A DNA stretch of 64,000 bases from Nitrosarchaeum sp. (GCA_965223865.1 OZ245020.1:64001-128000); one strand, 5' to 3'; counted from the first letter of the stretch, positions 39,474 to 50,671 are shown. Translations and numbers: made by a program. Notes: generated by a model from the sequence alone, not told the origin.

Positions 39474-40459
39474 ATCTTGATCTCCATCATAAATGCAGTA
39501 ATTATGCCCAAAATTCCAGAAAATATTGCAAGCTTGAATATTGCAAGCCCTACCTGGTTTTCAGTCATTGGCCCACCTGCAAGAATCAATCTTACTAGGG
39601 TAATTGGTGCTGTCTTTTCCTTAGTTGCTCGTAACCTAAATTCTTCATCATGATCTACTGGTTTTGCTTTAATTTGTCGATGTTCTACTATTTTTGCGCT
39701 TGATATGAACAAAAAAGAGTTGATTACGGCTGGCAATAGTATTACTGCTGCTATAATTTCTACTTGTCCTACTATCGCGATAACACCATACATTGCACCT
39801 AGTACAAGGGCTCCAGAATCTCCAGGAAATATCTTGCTTGGAATCTTGTGATATTTGTAAAAGGCAAGAGACACCAAACCCAGAGGCAAACTTACAATTG
39901 CCATCTCATAGTTTTGTAATATAAGCAATGCAATGCTTAGTGAGAAACTCGCTATTGTCATAAATCCACTTGCAACTCCATTTAGAACATCAATAGAATT
40001 TATTGTGTTTCCAGTAATTGGAATCATAAATATAATCACTCCAAGGTATAACACAGGAATTTTTACCTCACCGAACAAAGGAAATGCAAGATTAGAATCA
40101 TATGCGCCAAGAATAATTATTGGAATTGCTGAGATTGCAAGTGCAACTGGTTTGAACCATCCACCCATAACTTTTCTGTCATCAACATATCCAACTAGAA
40201 ATGCCAGAGAACTTGTAAAAAGTACTGCCAATATTTCATTTGACTGAAAGAATCCATACAGAATAATTTCAGAAACTATTATTCCCAAAATAATTGATGG
40301 ACCACCAGGTCTTGCAATCATGACCTCGGGTTTTTTGTTAACATCTTTTACTGTAAGATTTCTTTTCTCAAGATACTTGATTAATGGTGGAGTTGTGAAA
40401 TATACAATAAAAAATGCAACAAGACATGAAACAATAGCTGGTATTATTAGTTCAGTCAA
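39470..40459 (-). CDS. MraY/GPT-family UDP-GlcNAc:dolichol-P GlcNAc-1-P transferase (AglH-like)
   Basis: GYVDD, NSIDVLNG, IFPGDSG. Confidence 0.9.
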   Translation of the reverse strand: MTELIIPAIVSCLVAFFIVYFTTPPLIKYLEKRNLTVKDVNKKPEVMIARPGGPSIILGIIVSEIILYGFFQSNEILAVLFTSSLAFLVGYVDDRKVMGGWFKPVALAISAIPIIILGAYDSNLAFPLFGEVKIPVLYLGVIIFMIPITGNTINSIDVLNGVASGFMTIASFSLSIALLILQNYEMAIVSLPLGLVSLAFYKYHKIPSKIFPGDSGALVLGAMYGVIAIVGQVEIIAAVILLPAVINSFLFISSAKIVEHRQIKAKPVDHDEEFRLRATKEKTAPITLVRLILAGGPMTENQVGLAIFKLAIFSGILGIITAFMMEIKI

Positions 40460-42586
40460 TCATCTAACCTTTCGTAATTCTGTCTTTATGTTATCTGAAA
40501 GGGTTGAGCCTATTTTATCAATCTCTGCTAATTTTTTCACAGGAATCTTTGCAAGATCATCAAGATTTTTAATTCCATTTTTGTATAGTATTCTTGCTCG
40601 TACTCGTCCAATTCCCTTTATCCTTACCAGATCAAGCAATTCTTCTCTAATTCCATAGGTGATGCGTTTTCTAAGATTTGTTAACTCTTCAAGAAGATCT
40701 GCACGTTCTACATGCTTTGATATCTCTCTGAGGCAATAAGTTAGCCAGTCAGCATTTTCTACCATTCTGTGCATGTCACCTGATTCTATTCCCAGACTAT
40801 CAGAGAGTGATAATTCAGAGGACTCTGTTATCCAAGATTGCAATGCCAAAAGGCTTCGGGAGCAATCATACTCAGATATTGGCTCTAGCAGCTCAGGTGT
40901 GTGGTTTTCAATCATTACACTTGCAGTTTCATAGTCCTTGTTTCTCATTGAGAATTTTGGAAAGAACTCCTCGCAGTTAGAGATTAGATGTAAAAAGCCA
41001 AAGGTATGTAGTCTGTCTTTTGAGACATTTTCAACTGCATCTCTAAAGTAAGTCGCAGTTAGAGGATCAATGTAAAGCATTGATGTCTTTTTTCCAAACT
41101 CTGTAGCAGCATATCTTTCACCTTTCTTTACAAGAAGATACTGACTAGATAAAAATCTCAAAGATATATCAATTGCAAATTTAATGGTGGGTTTTCTTGA
41201 CTGTCGTCCTCCAAGTGTCTGTAAAAAGAAATCAAGTATTTCTTCTTTTTTAATTCCAGGATTTGTAACAACAATACTTAGTACATGTGTTCGGAGTGAT
41301 TTGTCATCAGTTATTTTAGAAACAATCGGTTCTGGTTCTCCGTTAATATAATACTCTATCAGATCCTCAGCATTTTGATTCCCTACAATTATAGATTCAC
41401 CGTAATCATCATATTGTGGACGTCCTGCTCTTCCACATAGCTGTTTGTATTCTAAAATGCTAATTGGTCTATTTGCGCCAACCTTGGCATTGTACCTGTT
41501 GATATTTGAAATTACTACTCGTCTTGCTGGAAGATTAACTCCTGCGGCAAGTGTCGGAGTTGAGGATAATAGCTTTATTGTTCCTTTTCTAAATTCTGCT
41601 TCTATTGTTTCTCTGCAGTTTTGATTTAGTCCAGCATGATGAAATGCAACTCCTTTTTTGACAAGTGTTGCAAGCGTATTTACCAAGTCTGTATGTTCGT
41701 TATTTGCAAGAATTTTTTTTGATACCTTTTCAAGTTCTTTGGTTTCATTTTTTTGAAGAAATTGTGATATTGCCTCAGAAGCTTTGGTTGCCAATGACTT
41801 TGAGCGAATTCTAGTCTCAGCAAATACCAGTGATTGGCCTCCTTCTTTGACTGACTGCACGCCTAAATCTATAGGAGTGCCCCTAATACTTCGCTCAACC
41901 TCAAAGGTTGTTCCGTCACTCATTACAACCTCCCCTCCATCACAAACCCCTTCAGATAGAGGAACCGGTCTCCAGTCATTTTCTACCAGTTCGCAATCTA
42001 GCCATTCTCCAAGCTCCTCTGAATTAGTTATTGTAGCACTAAGCCCTACAATTTGAGGCTTGTTTTCTAATAGTTTGAGTTTTGTTAGAATCATTTCTAG
42101 GGTTGGTCCTCTACTTTCATCACCTATCAAGTGAACTTCATCGGCTATGACAAGACCAATATTATCAACCCATTCGACTCCATGCCGAATAATTGAATCC
42201 ATTTTCTCATTTGTTAGAATTAGAACGTCGCTTTTTTCTAGATTCTTTTCAATATTTTCAAAATCCCCTGTAGATATTCCTACTCTGATTTTTTTACTGA
42301 GAGGGATTTTCTCTAATTTTTTAAACTCTGTAAATTTCTCAGCAGCTAAAGCACGAAGAGGACTCAGATAAATTATCTTTCCTTTATTTTTTGATAAATG
42401 GCTCATCATTGCAAGGATTGCAATCAGGGTTTTGCCACTTGCAGTAGGAGCTGACACCAAAATACTTTGTCCCTCCAGTAATCCAGCCTTTATACAATCA
42501 GCTTGTGGAGGATACAGTTTTTCAAATCCTTCTGTCAAAAGAAAATCAATTGCAGGTTTTGGAAGATCTAACTTTTCTATTTTCAT
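40460..42586 (-). CDS. hel308: Ski2-like SF2 helicase Hel308
   Basis: APTASGKT, DEVH, LSAT, FHHAGL, GRAGRP, C-terminal HhH. Confidence 0.95.
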   Translation of the reverse strand: MKIEKLDLPKPAIDFLLTEGFEKLYPPQADCIKAGLLEGQSILVSAPTASGKTLIAILAMMSHLSKNKGKIIYLSPLRALAAEKFTEFKKLEKIPLSKKIRVGISTGDFENIEKNLEKSDVLILTNEKMDSIIRHGVEWVDNIGLVIADEVHLIGDESRGPTLEMILTKLKLLENKPQIVGLSATITNSEELGEWLDCELVENDWRPVPLSEGVCDGGEVVMSDGTTFEVERSIRGTPIDLGVQSVKEGGQSLVFAETRIRSKSLATKASEAISQFLQKNETKELEKVSKKILANNEHTDLVNTLATLVKKGVAFHHAGLNQNCRETIEAEFRKGTIKLLSSTPTLAAGVNLPARRVVISNINRYNAKVGANRPISILEYKQLCGRAGRPQYDDYGESIIVGNQNAEDLIEYYINGEPEPIVSKITDDKSLRTHVLSIVVTNPGIKKEEILDFFLQTLGGRQSRKPTIKFAIDISLRFLSSQYLLVKKGERYAATEFGKKTSMLYIDPLTATYFRDAVENVSKDRLHTFGFLHLISNCEEFFPKFSMRNKDYETASVMIENHTPELLEPISEYDCSRSLLALQSWITESSELSLSDSLGIESGDMHRMVENADWLTYCLREISKHVERADLLEELTNLRKRITYGIREELLDLVRIKGIGRVRARILYKNGIKNLDDLAKIPVKKLAEIDKIGSTLSDNIKTELRKVR

Positions 42587-44667
42587 ACTCGGTTATAGTG
42601 ACCGGGTTTTGATTCATAAATAGATGCTTCGCGGAGCATTCTTCGAATATAGTTTCTTGCCTCTTCTTCAGTAAACTTTTCAGTCTTTTCAAGTTCTTTT
42701 ACAAACTCTCTTTCCTCAACAGGTACCTTGTTGTCTCCTTCAAGTGATTTTAAAACATCCATAAAGAGTTGCATCTTTGATACCTCACTTCTTGGCCTTC
42801 CCTGCAAGACACCCAGGTCTACCTTACCAGTATTGACATCAACGCCAGCATCTTCTAACATGCTCTGAATAAGGAAGATTGCACGTTCGGCATCTTCTTC
42901 TTCTACTTTGTCTTTCATGAGAAGTCTTGCCCTTGCAGTTGCAAGCCTAATAATACCACCTAACTGCCTAGGAGTAACTGTAATCATCTCCTCTGATTCA
43001 ACATTTCTCATCTTGAGATAATAATTAAGAATCGTCTCTTCTGCTTCTTTTGTTAGGTCTGGAGTTCCTCTTTTTGAATAAGCAAGATATTTTGTGAGCA
43101 AATCAACATCAATTACAGAACGTCTGTCTGTTCCTTGCGGAGTATGTAATTCTATGATGTGTCTTGCAATCATTTCATCTTTTTCTCTTCCTGGAATGTC
43201 TCTTACAACAAATATCAAGTCAAATCTTGTCAGTAATGGAATTGGAAGATTTACGTTTTCTGTAATATTTTTGAAAGGATCATACTTTCCATACATTGGG
43301 TTGGCAGCTGCAAGAATTGATGTTCTTGCATTTAGTGTAGCTACAATACCGCCCTTTGCAATACTTGCAGATTGTTGTTCCATGACTTCGTGTAATGCAC
43401 TTCTATCCTCTGGCTTCATTTTATCAAATTCATCTATGCATACTAGTCCCTGGTCTCCTAGTACAACGGCACCTGCTTCAAGCATCATGATTCCTGTTTT
43501 GTCACGTACTACTGCTGCTGTAAGTCCTGCTGCAGTTGAACCTCTACCAGAAGTATATAGGCCTCTTGGAGCAATTCTTGCACAAAACTTTAGCATCTCA
43601 CTTTTTGCAGTACCAGGATCTCCTACAAGAAATACGTTAATGTCTCCTCTAATCTTGCTGCCGTCACCTAATTGTCTCTGATTAGATCCCACAATCAAAA
43701 GTAGAATTGCTTCTTTGATTAAAGAATGGCCCTGAATATGGGGTGCAAAAGAATCAACTAATCTCTGGTAGACATCAGGGCTCTGGCCTAATGCCTTTAT
43801 CATTTTTTCATCTTCAGGGGAGATCTCTTCTCTTTCTATTTTTCTTGAGGATTTATCCCCACGTCCACCCAAAAATTCAATGTTATTTCCTTCTATTCTT
43901 AATCGATATAATCCACTATGTCCTCGAGTTACACCTGAAACTGATTCTTGTTCTACCCTTACTATTCCTGTTAAGATGATTCTATCGCCAGGTCTTGCGT
44001 TATCTACCAAGTCTTGTCTGATTGTCACATCAATATAATGAGGTAGCTGGCCTGGAGGAAGATCTTCTGGGAGCTCTTGTAATCTGAGGATCTGAAAATC
44101 AATAAACTTGCTTACCTCAGGTTTTAGCTCAAAATCTCTTTGTTTACAGTTTGGATTGTCACAAACAACTGGAACCTTTACATCCATTCCCTTTATCTGT
44201 ATGACCTTTGTTGTGTGTTCATCAGGACAGACAAAGATCAATTCTTTTGCAAGCGGTTTTACTTCTGAGGCCCTAACAACCATTCCTGAAACACTTGTAA
44301 TTCTTCCAATTGTTTCAGCATTGATTTGTCGAAGACTACGTTGTAATGGATAGTTTACTAGTCTTACTCTAACTTCATCTTTGATCTTTTCGGCATAATC
44401 AGGAAATCTGATCTGTAATGCTTCTTTGATTGCTCTAGAAAATGCGTTTAGTATTCTATCAGGATCCTCAGAAAATAAAATTTCAATTTCTGGCTCTACA
44501 ACCAAATCATTATAATCTACAAGGATGAATTTTGCATCCTTTGGCATCATTTCATCGATTGCTTCTACATACTTGTAGTTGCCATACTTGTCTTTGAACC
44601 TAGTCAGGAATTCTTTTACTTTATCAGATAGTGCAGATTCTGTGTAGGTACTTTGTACTCTACTCAT
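42583..44667 (-). CDS. mcm: Replicative helicase MCM (no intein)
   Basis: GDPGTAKS, IDEFDKM, LTRFD. Confidence 0.97.
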   Translation of the reverse strand: MSRVQSTYTESALSDKVKEFLTRFKDKYGNYKYVEAIDEMMPKDAKFILVDYNDLVVEPEIEILFSEDPDRILNAFSRAIKEALQIRFPDYAEKIKDEVRVRLVNYPLQRSLRQINAETIGRITSVSGMVVRASEVKPLAKELIFVCPDEHTTKVIQIKGMDVKVPVVCDNPNCKQRDFELKPEVSKFIDFQILRLQELPEDLPPGQLPHYIDVTIRQDLVDNARPGDRIILTGIVRVEQESVSGVTRGHSGLYRLRIEGNNIEFLGGRGDKSSRKIEREEISPEDEKMIKALGQSPDVYQRLVDSFAPHIQGHSLIKEAILLLIVGSNQRQLGDGSKIRGDINVFLVGDPGTAKSEMLKFCARIAPRGLYTSGRGSTAAGLTAAVVRDKTGIMMLEAGAVVLGDQGLVCIDEFDKMKPEDRSALHEVMEQQSASIAKGGIVATLNARTSILAAANPMYGKYDPFKNITENVNLPIPLLTRFDLIFVVRDIPGREKDEMIARHIIELHTPQGTDRRSVIDVDLLTKYLAYSKRGTPDLTKEAEETILNYYLKMRNVESEEMITVTPRQLGGIIRLATARARLLMKDKVEEEDAERAIFLIQSMLEDAGVDVNTGKVDLGVLQGRPRSEVSKMQLFMDVLKSLEGDNKVPVEEREFVKELEKTEKFTEEEARNYIRRMLREASIYESKPGHYNRV

Positions 44668-45181
44668 TTATCCCACCTCGAATTTGTTTTTCAAATTCCT
44701 GACTGTTTTCATAAATTGATTTAAAAAATACTACTTCTTCTACTGTAAGTTTGTTGTATAGTTCAGAATTTAGCTTGATAGAGTCTGCAAGTTTTACAAG
44801 TTTTCCTCTTCTCATTCTAAATAGTTCTAGCATTATGCTTTCTACGTGATCAAAGTCATCACGTCCAAGTTCTTTCATTGATTGCTTTAACTTGATGTAA
44901 AAGTGTGGGTCCAGCGTAGATAGCTGGTATTCACCTACCATCTTTTCTTTTGACAATGCTTGTTTTAGTTCTGTAATCATGTCAGGTGACTCTAGTACTC
45001 CAAGATTATTATCAGCAATAGTCTTTCCAATCCATTGAGGCAAATTCAAGATCTCGCTTTGTGTGCCTTCAATTTTAATTCCAGCCACATCAAACTTGAC
45101 ATCTTGGCTTAGGGTTACTTTAGCATCCTTTAGCCCATATCCTATAGAATGCAGTTTTTCTACCTTGTCTATCTCCATCAT
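44660..45181 (-). CDS. GINS subunit (Gins23-like); start uncertain (45211 possible)
   Basis: LPQW, L.PHFY, RRGKLV, LTVEE; directly upstream of mcm. Confidence 0.85.
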   Translation of the reverse strand: MMEIDKVEKLHSIGYGLKDAKVTLSQDVKFDVAGIKIEGTQSEILNLPQWIGKTIADNNLGVLESPDMITELKQALSKEKMVGEYQLSTLDPHFYIKLKQSMKELGRDDFDHVESIMLELFRMRRGKLVKLADSIKLNSELYNKLTVEEVVFFKSIYENSQEFEKQIRGGINE

Positions 45182-45183
45182 AA

Positions 45184-45280
45184 GATCACTTTTTGTCACA
45201 AAGATACTCATGTATCGGATCGATCAATTCTCTTCACTATTTTGTGAGATCAATTGATCCTAATTAATCACAGGCTGATC
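45184..45280. promoter_or_regulatory. GATC-dense divergent promoter region between GINS-mcm-hel308 and rfcS
   Basis: GATC at 45184, 45218, 45222, 45248, 45256, 45277; palindrome GATCAATTGATC. Confidence 0.55.
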
Positions 45281-45372
45281 GCGTGCATAATTAAACGAAA
45301 TCAGATTTTAATTTACGGTATAACACAATAACCAATTCGGATTTATTAGTGGGTATAAAACTCAGAGTACTC

Positions 45373-46323
45373 ATGTCAGCTACTGGTATGTGGGTAGAAA
45401 AGTACAGACCTCAAAAATTATCTGATGTAGTTAACCAGACTGAAATAATTGGAAGTTTAGAGGCATTAATCAAAGATCCAACTGATATGCCACACTTGTT
45501 GTTTTCTGGATCTGCGGGAGTAGGAAAAACCACCACAGCATTATGTATTGCAAGACAGATTCTTGGTGAATATGTAAGAGATTACACGTTGGAGCTAAAT
45601 GCTTCAGATGAAAGAGGAATAGGAATGGTTAGAGAAAAAGTAAAAAAGTTTTCCAGATATGCCGGAATGGTAGATGTTCCATTTAAGATAATAATTTTAG
45701 ATGAAGCAGATGAGATGACCTCTGATGCACAGACTGCGCTTCGAAGAATAATAGAAGATACTGCAAAATACTGCAGATTCATCCTGATTGCAAATAATAT
45801 CTCAAAGATTATCGACCCAATACAAAGTAGGTGTGCTACTTTCAAGTTTACCTCAATTCCTGAAGAGGACGTAATATCTCATCTAGAAAAAATTGCCAAA
45901 AAAGAAAAGACAAAGGCAGACAAGAAAGGTCTTAAGGCAATCTATGAATATTCTGAGGGAGATTTGAGACATGCCATTAACTTGATGCAAGCAACTGCAA
46001 GTCTTGGTGCAATCACTGAAGAACATGTAAAGGCCTCAGCAGGTCTTACAAAAACCACAGACGTTGATGTGGTTTTAAAACTTGCACTTGGAGGAAAAAT
46101 CCCTGATGCTAGGGAAAAAATGATAGAGCTTATCAAAGTTTATGGAATGTCTGAATCTGATTTTCTAAAATATCTAAACTCTGCAGTATTCAAGACAAAA
46201 CATCAAAAATTATCTGATATTTTACAGGTAATTGCAAAATATGATTATAGAATTCTAGTAGGGGCAAATCCGGAAATTCAGCTTTCTGCACTTTTAGCAG
46301 AACTAGGAAACATAGAAAACTAA
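45373..46323 (+). CDS. rfcS: Replication factor C small subunit (no intein)
   Basis: WVEKYRP, GSAGVGKTT, ELNASDERG, LDEAD, QSRC. Confidence 0.97.
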   Translation: MSATGMWVEKYRPQKLSDVVNQTEIIGSLEALIKDPTDMPHLLFSGSAGVGKTTTALCIARQILGEYVRDYTLELNASDERGIGMVREKVKKFSRYAGMVDVPFKIIILDEADEMTSDAQTALRRIIEDTAKYCRFILIANNISKIIDPIQSRCATFKFTSIPEEDVISHLEKIAKKEKTKADKKGLKAIYEYSEGDLRHAINLMQATASLGAITEEHVKASAGLTKTTDVDVVLKLALGGKIPDAREKMIELIKVYGMSESDFLKYLNSAVFKTKHQKLSDILQVIAKYDYRILVGANPEIQLSALLAELGNIEN

Positions 46324-46525
46324 AAGCGCAAAATAATTTTAGGCCTAAACTTTTGTATAGAAGATTTCTGCTGGAATATTTGCAAATTAAAGATCATATT
46401 TATTAGAATATGGAAAATTTTCAATCAATCCAAATTCTAATTTTGTATCTCTGAGATATGGCCATAACTCTCCAACAAACTGCACCTGTAATTTTTTTCT
46501 TCATTAAGCAATGACGTTTAGATAG

Positions 46526-46954
46526 TTAGGAGCTTTTTTTCTCGTTGATGTCTTGGTGTAAGGTATCAATCATATTTTTTATCATATCTATCTCGCTTTT
46601 TTCGAGTTTTTCTAACTTTTCGATCTTTGATATCAACAATGATTTTGTCTCATCTGCGATTCCTGTTTTGTTCATCTTAGAACCAATTAAGGTAGCACCA
46701 ACAGTGGAAATGAATGCACCGATAATGCCAATGCCGACATACATCATACCAATTCCAATCATTCGTCCAGTTTCAGTAACGGGTACAATATCACCATACC
46801 CCACAGTTGTTGCAGTAGCTGAGGCCCACCAAAATGCATCAAGCCATGAATTTATCTGTGTATTTTCTGCTTCAGATTCTACTACATATATCGCACTTGC
46901 TCCTATAATAACAACAAAAGCAGATACTACTCCAATGTAGATCATCCCTTTCAT
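46526..46954 (-). CDS. 2-TM potassium channel (KcsA-like)
   Basis: TTVGYGD selectivity filter between two TM helices. Confidence 0.92.
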   Translation of the reverse strand: MKGMIYIGVVSAFVVIIGASAIYVVESEAENTQINSWLDAFWWASATATTVGYGDIVPVTETGRMIGIGMMYVGIGIIGAFISTVGATLIGSKMNKTGIADETKSLLISKIEKLEKLEKSEIDMIKNMIDTLHQDINEKKSS

Positions 46955-47143
46955 GAAGAGTCATTAAAATCAGAAATGGTAAGAGTTCTGATTCAAAATA
47001 ATTATCAAAAGCATGAAAAGTATTTGAAGTCACTTCACTGTTTTTGGTCTTGTTGTTTTAAATCATCCAAAAATAGTGTCATGAAAAAAATTGTTTGGAC
47101 AGGTATTTGTATTCAATATACAGATTGTCTTATCTCAAAAAAG

Positions 47144-47227
47144 CGCAGAGAGAGGGATTTGAACCCCCGTATGCTTGCGCACACAGGCTCTCAAGGCCCG
47201 CGCCCTACCGAGCTAGGCGACCTCTGC
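47144..47227 (-). tRNA. tRNA-Ser(TGA)
   Basis: GCAGAGG/TCTCTGC; CGGGC-CTTGAGA-GCCTG; long variable arm; G73. Confidence 0.95.
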
Positions 47228-47310
47228 GAAGAGAGTTGGAGAGAAGTGATTAAAATTTGTTGAGGAATAATTAATTCAAAATTAAAAAGAAGAAAAAAGA
47301 AAGAATTTCT

Positions 47311-47847
47311 TTAATCGTGTGCGTGTGGGTTTACTGAACCAGATTCCATCTTTACGAATGAGCCGTCGGCTTTCTCGTGGAATTCTTGGTAAGATGGTTC
47401 AATCAAGATTGCATGTGTTGGACATGCTTCTTGGCAAGCCATACATTGAGTACAATCATGTTCTCTGATTGGCATTGATTTGTCAGTGTAATCTAGACGT
47501 TCGTCTTGCTCGGTTAAACCAGTTCCATCAAAAGTTGCATCCAAGCATTCTACTGCCGGAATGTCTTTTTCGGTTCTGTACCATTGGAAGGTTTGAACAG
47601 GACATACACTCATGCAAGAACCTGCTGCAACACAAGAGTCCCAGTCAACTGCGACTGTGGTTCCGTGGATTCCAAGCGGAACTTGTTCTTCTCCACGTGC
47701 TTCATATGCTGCTTTGACATCATCATTTGAAAATGCCTCACCATCAGTTCTGCCTTTACCCCAGATAAAGTGTTTATTTTCACCATCACTGTGGCTTGTC
47801 TTTCCAACGACTTCTAGATTTTCAACAAATTTTTCATCTATTGGCAT
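47311..47847 (-). CDS. Dicluster ferredoxin, Zfx (zinc-ferredoxin)-like
   Basis: [20 protein letters not shown]...CP and CTQCMACQEACP. Confidence 0.9.
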   Translation of the reverse strand: MPIDEKFVENLEVVGKTSHSDGENKHFIWGKGRTDGEAFSNDDVKAAYEARGEEQVPLGIHGTTVAVDWDSCVAAGSCMSVCPVQTFQWYRTEKDIPAVECLDATFDGTGLTEQDERLDYTDKSMPIREHDCTQCMACQEACPTHAILIEPSYQEFHEKADGSFVKMESGSVNPHAHD

Positions 47848-47867
47848 AACTTCAATATTTCAAAATA

Positions 47868-47881
47868 TTATTTAAAGCTAG
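47868..47881 (-). promoter_or_regulatory. TATA-box promoter of ferredoxin 1
   Basis: CTAGCTTTAAATAA about 21 nt upstream of the ATG; identical copy at 48534-48547. Confidence 0.65.
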
Positions 47882-47996
47882 ACAAAATTAGTGCGGACTA
47901 AATGCTTACAGATCAAATGAATTTAAAAAATTTTGATAGAAAATCAGGAAAAATGTAGAAAATAAATTATTTTTTGGTTAGATCGAATTTTTCTGT

Positions 47997-48533
<537 letters not shown>

Positions 48534-48547
48534 TTATTTAAAGCTAG
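48534..48547 (-). promoter_or_regulatory. TATA-box promoter of ferredoxin 2
   Basis: CTAGCTTTAAATAA about 22 nt upstream of the ATG. Confidence 0.65.
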
Positions 48548-48643
48548 GCAGTAATGATTAATAGAAATCAATCGATCTAGGTGGAATTACACCTGACAAA
48601 GCTTCCTTACGTTCATAACGTTGTATAATCAATTTCGAGTAAA

Positions 48644-49309
48644 ATGGACATTATCAAGTATGACGTGTATCGGGGACCAAACATTGGAATCTACATTAAT
48701 GTCAATGACAAGTATGTGATGATTCCTATGGGTTTTGCAGAATCAAAAGCTGAAAAGCTTGCAGAATATCTTCAAGTTAATTACATGTACATATCAATAG
48801 CAAATACTAGACTCTTGGGAGCTTTGAGTGTAATGAACAACAAGGGAATTTTGTTGCCAAAGACTGCATATGAAAATGAATATTCTCTGCTAAAAAAAGA
48901 GACAGACTTGGAAGTTGGAGTACTGGACTCAAAGTATACAGCACTTGGAAATGTCATATGTGCAAATGACAAGGGAGCAGTTGTCTCTCCTTGGTTATCA
49001 AAAGATGATGTTATGACTATTCAGGATACTTTGGGAGTCGAGGTCATACAAAAGAGGATTGCAGGTTTTAATCAGACAGGAGCTGTCTTAGTTGCAAACA
49101 ATTCTGGTGCTGCCATTCATCCTGAGGCAAACGAGGAAGATATGAAGGAGTTTGCAAATATTCTAGGCGTAAAAATAGAGCATTCTACAATAAACAACGG
49201 TATTCCTTATGTTACATCAGGAATTTTGGCAAACAACAAGTGCATTGTTGTAGGTACTCTAACTACGGGTCCTGAGATAATGATGTTAACTAGGGCGTTT
49301 CTAAATTAA
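48644..49309 (+). CDS. eif6: Translation initiation factor aIF6
   Basis: IGIY, ALGNVICANDKGA, TINNG.PYV.SG, TTGPE. Confidence 0.95.
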   Translation: MDIIKYDVYRGPNIGIYINVNDKYVMIPMGFAESKAEKLAEYLQVNYMYISIANTRLLGALSVMNNKGILLPKTAYENEYSLLKKETDLEVGVLDSKYTALGNVICANDKGAVVSPWLSKDDVMTIQDTLGVEVIQKRIAGFNQTGAVLVANNSGAAIHPEANEEDMKEFANILGVKIEHSTINNGIPYVTSGILANNKCIVVGTLTTGPEIMMLTRAFLN

Positions 49310-50573
49310 GAACTGACCTTGGGTCATCAGTTATAGTTTCAATGTCGACTTTGGTTTCAGTTCCATCCTTCATGTTTCTTAGGACTATCTTGCCTTCTTC
49401 TAGCTCTTTTGGTCCAACAATAATACAGTATTTAGAATCAGATGCATTGTCCATCTGTTTTTTTAGATTCCTTCCAGTAAGGTCAATGTCAGTTGGTATG
49501 TTGCTTAGTCGAAGCAATGATGCAATAGACATTGCGACCTTTTGCATCTCATCATTGATGTACAAAACTGAGATGCGGTTGTGAGTTGGCTCTGGAATTA
49601 TTTTCTGCTCTTGCATGGTAAGTATGATTCTCTCAACACCTCCTGCAACTCCAGTTGCACCAATGTCTTCTCTTCCAAACGCTTTTGTTAGTGTGTCATA
49701 TCTTCCTCCACCTGCCAGAGCTCCTAATGTAGAGTCTTTGTCAAAGACTTCAAAGACTGTTCCAGAGTAATAGTCCAGTCCCCTAACAATTCCAAAATTA
49801 ATTCTGACATTTGACACTCCTCTATTTTCAAGTGAATCGATCAGAGACTTTAGGTCATACCAAGACTCTAGTTGTGTAGTGTCAAAGCTTTGTTCTACTT
49901 GTTGTATGGTTCCTTTGATTTGTGAAAACTCTAATATTTTTTCTAACTTTTCTGAATCATATCCCTTTATCTGGAATTCCTTTAGGATTTCATCTTTTGA
50001 TTTTTTTTGTATTTTATCTACTGCTCGCAGAATATCAGCTACTAATTCTGGATCCTTTGAATCAAATATTTTGTTGATGTAGGATTCTACTAGATTTCTG
50101 TGATTGATATCAATTGTAATATTTTTGAGCAATAGAGAATCAAAAAGTCTAGATGTCAACTCTATAATTTCTGCCTCAGACTCTAGTGAGGCCTTGCCGT
50201 AAATTTCGATATCCCACTGGTGAAAGTATCGATATCGTCCCTTTTGGGGCTCGTCATATCTAAACACACCTCCAAAGGCTGAGATTTTGGCAGGTAGTTT
50301 CATTGATTTTTGAGATGCTGCATACCGTGTCAGGCCCATCGTAAAGTCAAATCGAAGTGCGACCTCTCTGTCACCCTTGTCTTTGAAATAGTATATCTCA
50401 TCTCTAATTGAGGGACCTGACTTTGTCTCTAATACTGAGAGAAGCTCAATTGGGGATGGATCCATAAATGAAAACCCATACAAACTTGAGAGCTGCTTGA
50501 AGTGATATCGTATGTGCTCGATGTTTGCATTTTCATTTTCTTCAAAGTCTTTCATTCCTCGTGGCAGTTCCAT
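49290..50573 (-). CDS. hisS: Histidyl-tRNA synthetase
   Basis: PRGMKDF, LRFDFT, FRYDEPQKGRYR, RGLDYY, GGGRYD. Confidence 0.97.
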   Translation of the reverse strand: MELPRGMKDFEENENANIEHIRYHFKQLSSLYGFSFMDPSPIELLSVLETKSGPSIRDEIYYFKDKGDREVALRFDFTMGLTRYAASQKSMKLPAKISAFGGVFRYDEPQKGRYRYFHQWDIEIYGKASLESEAEIIELTSRLFDSLLLKNITIDINHRNLVESYINKIFDSKDPELVADILRAVDKIQKKSKDEILKEFQIKGYDSEKLEKILEFSQIKGTIQQVEQSFDTTQLESWYDLKSLIDSLENRGVSNVRINFGIVRGLDYYSGTVFEVFDKDSTLGALAGGGRYDTLTKAFGREDIGATGVAGGVERIILTMQEQKIIPEPTHNRISVLYINDEMQKVAMSIASLLRLSNIPTDIDLTGRNLKKQMDNASDSKYCIIVGPKELEEGKIVLRNMKDGTETKVDIETITDDPRSVLNLETP

Positions 50574-50671
50574 TTTATTGGTTGATTAGGATCTGATGAT
50601 TTAAGCATTGGTAAAATATGCAAACTATGCAGAACTAGTCAGTTTTTTGTAAAGTTGGGAACCAGTATAAA

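Noticed and set aside
42583-46323. Possible inteins in MCM/RFC; possible replication origin in the GINS-rfcS gap
   Set aside because: Protein lengths are normal with no intein motifs; no ORB-like G-string repeats and no cdc6 nearby
46976-47263. 95-aa plus ORF
   Set aside because: Overlaps tRNA-Ser antisense; no protein-like signal
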